A stretch of DNA of 64,000 nt from Callorhinchus milii (lineage: Eukaryota): the NCBI RefSeq assembly GCF_018977255.1, contig NW_024704742.1:77316001-77380000 (forward strand). Reading direction: 5' to 3'. Made by a program: the position numbers and the translations under genes. Every line of letters starts with the position of its first letter. The first letter of the stretch is position 1. The notes under the pieces were generated by a model that was given only the letters and a program-made list of their open reading frames with translations, was not told the DNA's origin and made no database searches. Below, piece by piece: positions 25,282 through 37,240 of this stretch.

Positions 25282-27037
25282 AATGCCATCAGGCAGATTC
25301 ACAGTTTTCAACCCATAGATTGGCATAGAAGGAATGAGCTCAGATTAACTTCTCCCAGACTCCAAGACATCACAAGGTATAAACTAATACTTTGGGTTTG
25401 AGGTAATTACTCCATTGTATTTCATCACTTGCAATTAAGTACAAATTGTGAACCAATGATAAAAATTAAATCAATGAACACCTCGACAAGCTGAGCTAAG
25501 CCTGCTGTCCAAACCACATTTGCTCTGTCAACGTTTCACCCACAAATATACAGTCAATTCACTTTACAGTCTATTCTGTGAAGTGCTTTGAGACGTCTAG
25601 AAGACACGAAAAAGCGCTACATCAAATGCAAGGATTATTATTATATAACTTGCACCTTCTTCCTCTTGACTTTCAAAAGTGGGAAAGCAAAAGAGAAATG
25701 CAAAGATGTGTTTTCTTCTCATTCTCCACGGATGGAAAAATGACTCGTGCCTCGGTGCAAAAGTAAAGTGATGTGAGTGAGCTGGATTTCTGCTCACAAA
25801 CCACCATGTGGTTATCTTCTTCAATACATGTCACTTTGCACTGACTACCACAATCTCAAAACACCGTCTTACTTACTTGAGGGCTGCTCTCAGGTTTGTG
25901 CCGATAGCATACTCTGTGAGGTTGTGGAACACTAGTCCTGTTCCTCATGATTTCCCACATAGCCAGCTCATGAGATCCATCGTCCAATGTGGGCACTTGC
26001 CAAATGGAGGACAGATATGTCCTCACAGTAAGAGGAGGGACTGCAAGGACAAAAGTTCTACTCAAGCTATGAAACATAAATTGCAGGTATCCCTTAATGC
26101 AATCCAGTCCATAATTAGTGCCAGTGATAATTCAGGAGCAACATACGAAAGAATATTTCCTTTGGGTTATAGTTCCAGTCAAGCTGTATGGATGATGGGA
26201 TAAGTCTGCCTCTCATCCTTTTGCCTCTTCTCCCTTGACATTAGAGAAGGAGAGGTAACCATGCTGAGTCCTAGCTCTGGAAACACTCCTTAACCCGGCA
26301 GACCAGGAATGCAAGATTGGGAACGCAGGGTATAGCAGGCCTGTTGAAGAACTCAGATAAAGGGGTGGTAGCCTGAAGAAATGCTTCCAGGTCACTGCTG
26401 TAGCCCTGTTTGTGAAGTATAAATTATGAGATTTGAGAAAAGGATTTGTTGATAGCGAGTGTGACTGTCTAGATGTTTCTTTCTGGAGCTCTGCTCGGAT
26501 TCATCAACAAAGAGCTGACTGCATCCTTGCATACAGTGGGAGATCTTGGCATCTGAATGGAGTTTCAGTATTGCTATTTACAAGCCTTTTTGTGAATCTT
26601 GTAATTTAAACTGTAGCATCAGTAAATAGTCAGACAGACCACTTAAGATCTGATATCTCCACCTCACCATACTTGGCTTATCTGTTGGATTAGCATTAAA
26701 GTTCCCATGTTTCTCTGGGTAACTCCGGATGTGCTGTGTTTCAGACTCCCTGTGTTCCATCAGTAAGGGATATATTAGTAAAACATGCAGGGCACTGTCC
26801 CTTTAATAGGTCTTTGGACTTTCAAACACCAACCTGTGGAAAACTCAACTGGTTTGGGGATTGGGAAGGATAGGAAGGGAGAACAAGATATTTGCTGGGA
26901 TTGACATTGTTTTTATCCCCAGAGGCTGGGTTAACTACCCAATATTTAATCAATTCTAATTGGAGATGGAATTTAAAATGATGCACAAAAAGACTAAATA
27001 TTGACTCGGGTGCAATCTCTAACCATTAGCGTTTTGT

Positions 27038-27397
27038 GGAGTCCTATAGTTTAGTGGTTTGAGCACTTGTCTCGCAAGCGAGAGGACCTGGGTTTGATTC
27101 CCAAGCAGGGCGAAATGTTGGACAAGTTTCCTTACTCCATACGCCTCTGTTTACCTAACAGTAAATAAGAACCCGCTTGGTTAGTCGATTTGCAGATCGC
27201 TTTTCCAGGGATAATAATCCCTCTCCCCAAAATATATAATTTGGTCACTCAATTCACAACTGTTTGTGGGACACTGTTGTGCACAGTTGGCTGTCGCGTT
27301 TCACCCACAAAATACACAGTCAATTCACTTTACAGTATATTCTGTGAAGCGCTTTAAGACATCTTAAAGACGTGATGGGTGCTATATCAAATTATTA
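27038..27397 (+). mobile_element. tRNA-derived SINE, long subfamily (extra ~64-bp central segment)
   Basis: Same head and tail as 8874-9187 plus ctgtttacctaacagtaaataagaacccgcttggttagtcgatttgcagatcgcttttccaggg at ~27147-27210. Confidence 0.9.
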
Positions 27398-29314
27398 TAA
27401 ATATTACAACACAATGCGGGTCAACTTTATGGGATTTTCTCATTATGAAATTTGAGTGCTGGATCCCGCTGGTAATTGGAAATACCATACAGGTCACGTG
27501 GATTTGAATGAAACTTGCTTCAAAAATACAGTCAGTGCACAATTCTCCTGAGTTGGCACAACAGACTTTCTTTCTTAATAGTGTTAAGAAATATTGCGAA
27601 ATTGGCCCCAATGTGTTTTAGATTGCTATCTAATTTGTTTTTGGTTAGCTGGGTGTCTGACACACATTGAAATCCATCACTACACTCAAGCGTATCCAAC
27701 TCGGTCTGAAGGTTAATTTATGCCACCTACACAGAAATTCGCCTGCGTATTTGAATAGAATGAGCACTCTTACCCTGGAAGGATACACCCCACTTACCTA
27801 ATTCCGGAAAGTATTAGGCGCAGGTTTGTCATTTTAAATATAACCAAAAACCAACATTGAAAACTGTCGTGTCAGCTCAAACAATGATGACAATAGTTTA
27901 GTGCCAGTTCCTGCTGCTCTTGTCAAGTGCCTGGGGAAGCCGAGCTACTTTTTTTAAAGAAAACATTTTATCACAGCTTCTCTGTCTGGTGACTGACAGT
28001 ATAAAGGATGGTATGCATTGCACATAAGAATCCAACTTGTATGCCTTTGTTACTCATATTCCCGGTACACTGGGAGCACTGTTGAAATGGTGTGACTGGC
28101 TAGTGCAGAGCTTTTGTGCCCAAACTGCTCTCACATCAGACAGTGGATAGCAGATGGACTTTACACACAGGCACAGAGCCCAGCTCATGAGCCTCTATGT
28201 CCCAAGAACTTTTAAAATTTAGACAGAAACTGGCAGGGATCTTAGTGATTTTCTCTATTATTAGAAGCTTACAAGAGTTGAGCACAACAACCTGAATCCT
28301 TGTTAAATGCGTAAAAGAAACTTTGATGTTTTGCATTTTAGTCTCTGACTGCCCAGTAGCTGATGGGCATTGCGAGTGGTCCCAGCCAATCTCTGGTACC
28401 ACCGGTGAGTGTGACTTTGGGGGAGTTATACTGTATACCTTTCAACATTGCCAAGTGAGCACTGCACTTGGGACAGGAATGTTATCAGCTCAAATACCTG
28501 GAGATGTGCTCAATCCTTCACCCTTTTGAGATTGGTGAAATGAATGCCATGACTAGCTATTGGGAGACATTTCTGGCAAAAAGTCAGTTAGATCTGCAGT
28601 AATACGAAGCATTACAAGTCATAGTCATAATGGTGGACATCGCTGGTCAAGTACCTTGACTCCCCCAAAGTAGGTTTCATGTTCAGACTGATACAACAAG
28701 TGTTGCATCACTGCAGCATTTGTGTATGAGGCACATGGTAGGTGTTCAGGTAACCTGTTAAATACAAGATCGAAACTACTTGCATGTGAACATCTTCTGA
28801 ACTGTGGAACATTTTGCAGCCTTGAAATGCACTGTTGTGCGTCCTTTTAACAAGAAATTGCATTAAATCTGTTTGAGATGTTTTGAGATGAGGTGATCAT
28901 GGTTCCTGGAAATGTGGCTCAACATTTTTGTCAGCGATTGTGAACTGACAGGTGGGAGGAAGAGTCAGCACTTGCCTGAGCGATCCAGGATGGAGTGTGC
29001 TGTCCTGACTTGTCGTGTTCTGTGCTGGCTTGGCTGCAGTGCCCTGATGTCTCGTGAGCTGTAACTAATGCTAAAGTGCTGCTTGCTTTAAATGTACAAT
29101 TTGATACTTGTATCCACAATGAGTAAGCTTTACATTGGTTATTGGAAAGAAGAATAAAAAAGAGTTTTAGGATGATTCCTACAATTGAGTTCAAAAAAGT
29201 TCTTTTAGGAATAAGAACATCTCAGAGCTCACGGTAAGTTACTATGAATCAGCGCTTTGGAGACTCGGGTATTTGACACTTCTCACACAAGCTCTCTAAC
29301 TAAACTAAGCTGAG

Positions 29315-30406
29315 TTGGCTTCTTTACTTAATCTTCGTGGACCTGCCCTTGCCTGGATCGAATCCTATCTCTCTCACCATCTCCATTTTGTTGCCTCTAA
29401 CGGTTTCTCCTCCAGCCCCCGCACTGTCACTTCTGGTGTCCCCCAGGGCTCTGTCCTTGGCCCTCTCCTCTTTAATATCTACATGCTTCCCCTTGGTGAC
29501 ATCATCCGCAGACATGGGGTCAACTTCCATATGTATGCGGATGACACCCAACTCTATCTTTCTGCCTCCACCCTCAACTCCAGGACCACTGCTGTCCTGA
29601 CAGACTGTCTGTCGGACATCAAGTCCTGGATGAGGGCAAATTTCCTACAGTTGAATGTGAACAGGACTGAGGCCCTCCTGATTGGCTCACACCAGCGCCT
29701 CAGCACCTCAGGCTCTGGCAACATCAACCTCCATGGTTGCACACTGCAACTCACCAAGACAGTCAGGAACCTAGGGGTCTTGTTCAACCCTCAACTGTCT
29801 TTTCTTCCCCACATCCAACCATGACCCGCTCTGCCTTCCCTCACCTCCGTAACATCGCCCGACTCCGCCACTACCTCACCCCTCAGGCCGTTGAAACTCT
29901 TGTTCATGCCTTCATCACCTCCGGGCTCATCTATGCAAACCCCCTGCTTGTCACCCTTCCCAACTCCGCCCTCCACAGGCTGCAGATAATCCAGAATGCT
30001 GCTGCCCGTGTCCTCTCCCGCACCAAACTCAGTGACCCCATCTCCCCCATTCTTGCCTGACTCCAATGGCTCCCTATCCTTCAGAGGATCCAGTTCAAGA
30101 TCCTTGTCCTTACCTACAAAGCCCTCCATGGCCACGCCCCACCCTACCTCTGTGACCTCCTAACCCTCTACCAACCCGCCCGCTCCCTCCGCTCAGCCAG
30201 CTCTGGCCTGCTTCACGTCCCCCGACCCACCCGCCCCACCATTGGCGGGAGAGCCTTCAGTCACTCTGCCCGCAACCTCCGGAACTCCCTCCCTTCTCCC
30301 TCCCTGATCCCAGCTTGGGTCTGAAATGCTGCACACTGTCCAGCGCCTTGAGACATCCTCCCGACGTGAAAGGCACTATACAAATGTAATCTTTGTTGTT
30401 GTTGTT
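29315..30406 (+). mobile_element. 5'-truncated L2 LINE (reverse transcriptase C-half to 3' end), inactive
   Basis: [16 protein letters not shown] and [12 protein letters not shown] motifs, then LRNIARLR..QIIQNAAARVL..WLPI.QRIQFKILVLTYKALHG; frameshift near 29820, stop at 30058, (GTT)n tail. Confidence 0.96.
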
Positions 30407-30749
30407 CAGGGTGATATATTTGGCGAAGGGATGTCAGAATTTGGCCAAACCTCTGTGGCAGTCTTGGTAGTCCAATTCCTGGGCCAGGCTGGTCTGTTGT
30501 ACTCCATGGCACTGCTGATGACAGCACAGCCAGCCAGGTTGCGGTATTACCCCAACCCACACCCGTTAAGGCTGAATTGAAGAATTTTCTGCAACGTTTT
30601 CTGCCGAATTTTCTTAAATTTTAAGACAAAATTGTTCTACTGGCTAAGACCAAGAGAAACATCAGGTTTCAGGCTCCAGGTATAACTATAACTGGAGTGG
30701 AACTGGATAAGAGCGATCTTCTGAAATCTTGACATGTGATCATCTTGTT

Positions 30750-31055
30750 CAGATTTTACCTTTTTTCTCCGTCTCGCCAATTGTTTTCAGCTCTTCTTTC
30801 CTCCCTCTTCTGAAATTGTTTAAAGTCTCTTTTCCTTTTGATGGACAGTGGTTCCGCAGGCACTGAGCTCGCTTTGCTACCTAGTCCAAGTGTCTTCTGT
30901 TCTCTCTTGCGAGCCTTACCAATGAGGCATAGTGGGTGGGGTGTTCAGCTTCAGCCTGATGTTTCCATCTCGAATCCAGAAGCCAATGTGGCACCTCTAT
31001 TATTTATCTGACTATGATCGGCTAACTCAGTACAGACTGGGATTTAACCCCTTGC
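30750..31055 (-). mobile_element. Old AmnSINE2-like SINE fragment
   Basis: gatcggctaactcagtacagactgggatttaacc is the reverse complement of GGTTCGATCCC.GTCTGTGCTGAGTTAGCTGATC (consensus recalled from memory). Confidence 0.5.
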
Positions 31056-32299
31056 TGCTGCATCAGGCAGGATCGTCATGCACAAATATATCAGGGAGCA
31101 CTGAAAGGATAATTTTCTTCTGATTCTGAAAAAAAAAGCTTTTTCTTTCAATGTGAAATCTTTTAAGATGTCTCAGAATCATGGAGAGAACAATCAGTAG
31201 ATATGTTTTAAAAAGCTTGAAGAGAAGCTGCAAAGCAGGCATACAGCGATGAATAGTTTGAGCTGAAGGTTGCATGCAGTAACGTTTGTGCATATGGGCA
31301 AAATCACAGCAATTTATCCTGGTGCGGTGGACGTTTTGCAAGAGGTGTTGAATAGTTTTAGACTTGAGGGTTGCGTTACAATTTCGTCCAGCCCCTCCAT
31401 CACATTTATAATAATAATAATTCTTGATTTGATGTAGCGCCTTATCGTGTCTTCGAGACGTCTCAAAGTGCTTCACTTGCATTTGATATTGAGCCTGATC
31501 ACGACTTTGAGACGTCTCAAAGTGCATTCATCACATGCTGCTGACCTAGCCGTGGGTAGGCCCTCTGTTTCCATGTTGCTCAGACTCTTCAGAATCTATA
31601 ATAGAAATTGCATTTTCCCCCAAACTTTCAAACGTTCCAGCTTTCAGAGGGTTTAAAACTTGGCAGAAACTTGGCTGATTTTCAGAGTCTTCAAGGACTC
31701 GGTCAAGCTCTTGCTGAATGTACTTTTTCTACCATTGTCTCTGCTGAATTTCTCCCACTCCCAGTTTGATAGCTTTTGATTTAAGCTCTGTAAATTTTAC
31801 AACAGTTGGGGCCAAAGCAAGGGAAAACTTGCAATTTTTCAATGTTCTACTTGTTCAGACTACAGATTTTGTTTTTGAAACAGCGTTAAATGTCATAATA
31901 GAGGAGTTTTGACTTTTAAAATAAGATGAACAGTAACACAATTCTGTGTGTTTGAATGGAAAACGATTTAACATTTGCCTTAATAACTGCCCTCAAGGTC
32001 CAGTGACCTATCTGGGGACAAGCAATAAGTTCCAGCTACTTTTCTGCTCTCCCCTTGCAATGCCTCTGTATATGACTGATTCAGGTGTCACAAGAGGATG
32101 TTATCACATCATTTGCATCTGATGAACCTAACTTCCCAAGAGTTGTAGCATTATTATTTCTCTCACACAAGGATGTTGAACAACAACAACAACTTGCACT
32201 TATATAGTGCCCTTATTACTGCAGCTCTCTCACTTTGCAAATTGATTACAGAAAAAACATACGGCTTTGTGCCGTGAGTTTATTTTTTGAAAGGAATGA

Positions 32300-33260
32300 A
32301 AAAATGTGGCCGTTGGATTTCTAAACAACAACCACTCAAGCTAGCTTAATTGCGCACACATGCATACAGCGATTTTTGTTTTAGAGCAGTATTGTTGAAA
32401 CCTCCTTTTAGTTGGTTGTATGAAGATTGAGGCAGCCTTGAGGTAGCTGTGAGGTTTGTAGGCACTGATTCTGGTGAAGCTCTCCCCGGATGCTGCAAAT
32501 GTGATCAGGATCCATTTATGTTTGAGTTCTAGGAATGGTGAAAATCCTCTCACTAGGTCATCGTTGTGCTTGCCTTTTTGTTGATGGCACAACCGCTGGC
32601 GACGAGGACTGGCATTTGAGAGACGGTAACCAGTCTGAATTGAGGACGTGGTATCACGTAATGAGCATTGTGCACTAATGCCTGAATGCCATGTGCACTA
32701 CAATGAAAGAATCTCTTCTGCTTGTATTCCTTTAGTCGGTTTGCTCTCAGTTCTGCTTTGTATTGTCTGAACACGTGGATTGCGACCTGTGCCAGTGTCT
32801 GTGCATAACTCACAAAATATGCATTTGTCCCATCAGAGTTTTCCCACGGTTGTGTTGTTGTGGAGGTAGACACCGAAACAGCCTCTGTGACTTTTTAATA
32901 GCAAATCTGCAAACATGCTATTATGTTCAGTTGGTGCAGCCGTGGTCCCTTTTAGCATGGCTTGCCTCGTCACACTGCTGTTCTGCCGTTCTTTGTTCTT
33001 CATCTTTTCTGCCAGTTACAGACCCTGAATCTGGGACAGAACGTCGTGGGTCACATCCATGAGTCTACTGAAATTGATGTCTGTATCCAGTTTAAAAACA
33101 AAAGTGGAAAACCATCATAAAGAATCACAATGAAAAGATTTGTTTTTAAAAGCGCATTTCTTTGGCAACAGCCTCGTAGTTGGATTGAGCTGTGGTGAGC
33201 ACTGGGCAGTGCTGCAATACGGTCTAAAAGGTGGGTCAGGTTAATAGCCATGGGCTAACT
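32300..33260. promoter_or_regulatory. Repeat-free CpG-retaining block, candidate conserved element or alternative promoter
   Basis: About 1 kb of unique sequence with retained CpGs; RORE-like actaggtca (32552), TCACGTAA (32654) and E-box CACGTG (32772); ATG at 33130 runs to donor TG|gtgagc at 33194/33195. Confidence 0.35.
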
Positions 33261-34167
33261 GTGTTCCGATGCATACAGGTATCCTGAATTGTATAAGAAA
33301 CCAACAATGAGGATGATTACAGATGACTCTTTAATCCTCTTTATTGAGTAGTTATATAACTAAGGCCACCTGTATGTACCCGTGAGAATGGAAAGCCCAG
33401 GGGTTATAATAGCATCTTATCACAGCGAAACATGTTGAATCTCTTCACAAGGTTTTCTCTAAAGTGTAGCGACTGTGTATTTGCAGGTGACGTGGCAGTC
33501 AATTTTACTACAGCAATGTTCCGTGAATTAATTAGCCTCACTCGCACTTTGGACCTCTTTATATACTGCAACTTGTATAAAACAGTGCACAGACGGGGCA
33601 GATATGTTATAGCAATGTTACATCCTAGTTCCTGGTCAGTATGAACTGCTCTGTTATTATGTCAGCGTCTTTGATCTCCACAATGGTTGATAGAATACGA
33701 GAACAGTCAGTTCTCACAGTCACGAGGTGCGTTCTCCAACTGTTAAAAAGGCAACACTTGGCACATGTTGCAACCTATAAACCTCCATTGAATTGTTCCA
33801 GGAAAGTGATGACTGGCTGGTTTCAGGAATCTGAGTTTCTCATGCGTAAGTTGCAACACTCTCGTCCTCCCCTCTCTTAGGAAAACTTTCATGTTCCAGC
33901 TTCTCTTTGGATGAAAAATGTGATAGCTTTTGTAACATTCATTCGGCATTTATCGCATTGAGACTGTTGAGGAACATCACCATTTCAGGCAATAATTATT
34001 AATTATAGTTTTGAGTGTTAACCTCTCCAAAACCCACCTGAGCTTGGCATATTTTTGAATCCATTGGATTGCTATACATGGAACAAGGAGGCATGTTCAT
34101 AACCTGGGAAGATTTACTCAAAAATATTTGGGCAATAGATTTGCTCTTTGTTCGTGAATCTGAATGA

Positions 34168-34235
34168 CTCTCACCCATAAGGAATGCAGCACGTTCCCAT
34201 TCTCTCATCCATAAGGAATGCAGCACGTTCCCATT
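34168..34235. repeat. 34-bp tandem duplication
   Basis: ctctca(c/t)ccataaggaatgcagcacgttcccatt twice, with one mismatch. Confidence 0.95.
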
Positions 34236-34456
34236 TTGGGTGCCCAGTTTTGTCATCAAGTACTCCTAGTTCAGGTACAACAGTAAGATCTAGTTACATC
34301 TACTAACTCCTGTTACAAATCATTGTGTATATCAGAGCCCTGTATCTTGATTCAGCTGCACTTCAACCTCCATCAGAATATGAAGGTGGACCTGGTGAGG
34401 TGATATTTACTATGTATTTATCATCCTGCGCAATTATTATTCATCTCTCCTGTACA

Positions 34457-34722
34457 TGAGATATTAAACCAAGGTCCTGCCTGCTGATTAAGAGGATCAT
34501 TAAAATTCCTGTGGCACATTTTGAAAAAAGAAGGGAGTTTCTCCCGGTATCTTGGCCAGCAATCCCTCCCCACATAAAATTGGTCAGTCGCTTCATGGCT
34601 GTTTGTGGGACACTGCTGTGCTAATTTGGCTGCCGTGTTCACCTAAAAATACTGTCATTATACTTTACAGAGATATTTGAGACGTAATAGGCTTATTATT
34701 AAGTGTAAGGGTTATTTTATTC
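34457..34722 (+). mobile_element. Deu-domain SINE, 5'-truncated
   Basis: gagatattaaaccaaggtcc...gggagtttctcccggtatcttggccagcaat...gctgtttgtgggacactgctgtgctaatttggctgccg is the Deu core, followed by the shared tail. Confidence 0.8.
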
Positions 34723-36447
34723 ATGTGAAAATTAATTGTATGATATAATTTCAGCTCCTTGTGTACAGAATGCAATAGATAAATGGTTGTGGTGTTGAGG
34801 CAGCACACAACTCACTCGGCTTTGTTGCTTGCGGGTTGCCAGTTTAACTTGAGCAGATGTTTATTGATGATCACTCACCCTTTCTCGTCACCTTTTGTCC
34901 TAGCTAATGTAACTCTTGCCTTGGCTTTCAGCTTGCAGCCCTTCATTGAAAGAGCACCTTTATCCAGGTTCTGTGTAAATCTAGATCTGAACTTATCTAG
35001 ATCTTTGGTGTTCATAATCCAGCAGGACAGGAAACAATGTATTACTTCAAAAACGCACCAAATAATTATTCCACCACACTGTCTGTCTGATATTCTTTTG
35101 TTTCTCTTTCTCACGGAAAAACATAGTGTATAAAAACATTTTAGCCCCTACAGGGTTAATACTGCAGCTCTGCACATGATTTGTTCTCAGTGTAGTCCGA
35201 CTCCAATGTAAAATTAACTCTATGGTCTTCAGTCATTTCAAGAAACACAGGTCATTTTCTGTAGAATAGCCCTGAATACAATTGCAGCAATGGCTAAAAT
35301 GCTTATTGCAGCCCTTGCTCAAAATACTGACCTTGCTTTGTGCAGCAATAAAAGTGATAATTGTGGGTCTGCAGTAGGTTTGAAGAAAACGCGCCACATT
35401 TTCTAGAGATGTAGTTTGCCACCTGCGTAGACTAATTGCTTAAGCGGGTGGTGTTGTGATGGCATCTCTAGGGCTGGGAGTGCACTGAGGATGTGTGATC
35501 TGCATATTCCTCCTGGGATATCACCTGCAAACCACACCGGATAGAATTGCAGGTGTAATGGTGAAGGAGTAGTGTTGTATCGGATAAGTGGCCAGGGAGA
35601 TGTCAGGCCCAAAGAAGCAGGTGGTTTGAGTCTCTTAACAAAAGAGAAATATAAAAAAATCAACACCACAAAGCACATTTATCAGTCAACACGTTCTGTT
35701 TTTTTTTCTTTCATATAAATGCCTGTGCATCTGTGTTTAATTTTGTGTATAATTTTGTGTATATACACATATAATAATCCTTACAACAACAACAACTTGC
35801 ATTTCTATAGCGCTGCTCTCGCAGGATAGCATCCCAGAGCGTTTGCATTTGGCATAGCTCCTTTCACATCAGGAGGATATCCCAAATTGCTTCACAAGAT
35901 ATATGGTATAGTGCAGTGATTGTGCGTTTTGTGGGCCAATGTATGTAAAGTACAACAGTGAATGTTTCGTGTTAGAGATTTTGGGTGTAAGACATTTGAA
36001 GGTTCAGAGGGACAACATATGTTACACTGTATACAAACTGAAAGGACTTTCTAAAAAAAGCTGCTAAGCTCAACTGTGTGAGAGAACTGAATTAAGACTT
36101 GTGTGCATTCATCTCCCTGGATTTACAGTCATAATTCCTCTGAGCCTAAGCTTTGTCAACAATGGCTTCTATTTAAACAAAAATATCATTTTTAAAAAAC
36201 ATTGATGTGATGCTTCAACAATATCAAGGATAAGATGCAAATGCAAGGATTATAAGATCCTAAATGGGGGCCTTGCATAGGATTTAATTCAAAAATATTT
36301 GAAAGATCTTGTATCTAATTTAAAATAACATTTGTCAGTGATTTTGTTTTCAAAGAAAATCCTATTGTAAAGCAGCTTGTCTCCAATCGTGGCTGCTGTC
36401 CTCAATGTAGTTAACAAGCTGGTGATAGAATGTAATGGTTCTTCAAT

Positions 36448-36545
36448 GACTGGGTGCTACAACATGATGGTTTTTCAGAGAGGCTTTGTGCTGGAACACA
36501 ATGCATTTTGATTGAGACTGGATGCTACAACATGATGGTTCTTCA
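36448..36545. repeat. Two ~30-bp direct repeats, period 68 bp
   Basis: gactgg(g/a)tgctacaacatgatggtt(t/c)ttca at 36448 and 36516. Confidence 0.85.
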
Positions 36546-36666
36546 TTGGGAGGGTGCTGAAGCTAATGTATACCCCCCCCACCACCCTCCCACACACACA
36601 CATGCACACCAACTCAGCACCTATGATTTGCTGGTCTATATGGTCCATTGCTGCACCAAATTGCAC

Positions 36667-36815
36667 ATTTAGATAATTTTTAGGTAAAGGTATCAAGGGA
36701 TATGAGGCAAGGGTGGGTAACTGGACTTGAGGTACAGATCAGCCATGATCTTATAAAATGGCAGAACAGGCTCGAGGTGCTGAATAGCCTATGCCTATTT
36801 CAGTGTTTCTATGTT
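36667..36815 (+). mobile_element. CR1 LINE 3' end
   Basis: ggtatcaagggatatgagg...gatcagccatgatctt...caggctcgaggtgctgaatagcct; same family as 61208-61450. Confidence 0.85.
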
Positions 36816-37039
36816 TACTTACCTGGGCCATCTGAGGAATTACATTTTTTTTAAGTTTAGTGTTTACAATTATTTTTATATTCTCCCCACTGGTATATGC
36901 CCCTCTGATCCTGATCCCCAGCCTTCTCTTGCTGGGTTGCAGTTTCACAGGCACCGGTTGCTCTTTGGTGCCCAATTGGTTATTGGTCATGTGTGTGCCT
37001 TGACGGTGAATGTTGTCAGGTTATTGTAGAGGGTACAAC

Positions 37040-37240
37040 ATTGAGCTTGTCCTCTTCCCACCCGGCTGCCACACAGACACACACACAGCCAGTGGAGGGT
37101 GCTGTAGAGGGGCAATGGACATCAGTTGGTGTTCCACTTCCTAACCTGAGGAAGGACTGGAGCCAATTTAGCTTTCCCATGTGGCTCTGACTGAGAGCAG
37201 TAAACTCCGTATGAACCAGCAAACGCCTGGTCTGTAAGCT
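37040..37240 (-). mobile_element. Old AmnSINE2-like SINE fragment
   Basis: cctaacctgaggaaggactggagccaatttagc...ctgagagcagtaaactc...cctggtctgta; resembles 30750-31055 and 57811-57945. Confidence 0.4.

Noticed and set aside
28600..29060. Second Harbinger transposase remnant on the minus strand
   Set aside because: Only scattered 3-4-residue resemblances that need several frameshifts; cannot be supported by eye.
29315..30060. Functional reverse transcriptase gene
   Set aside because: 5'-truncated L2 copy with a frameshift near 29820 and a premature stop at 30058.
36430..36545. CRISPR-like repeat-spacer-repeat (30-bp repeats, 38-bp spacer)
   Set aside because: Only two full repeats, vertebrate context and no cas genes; a local duplication explains it.
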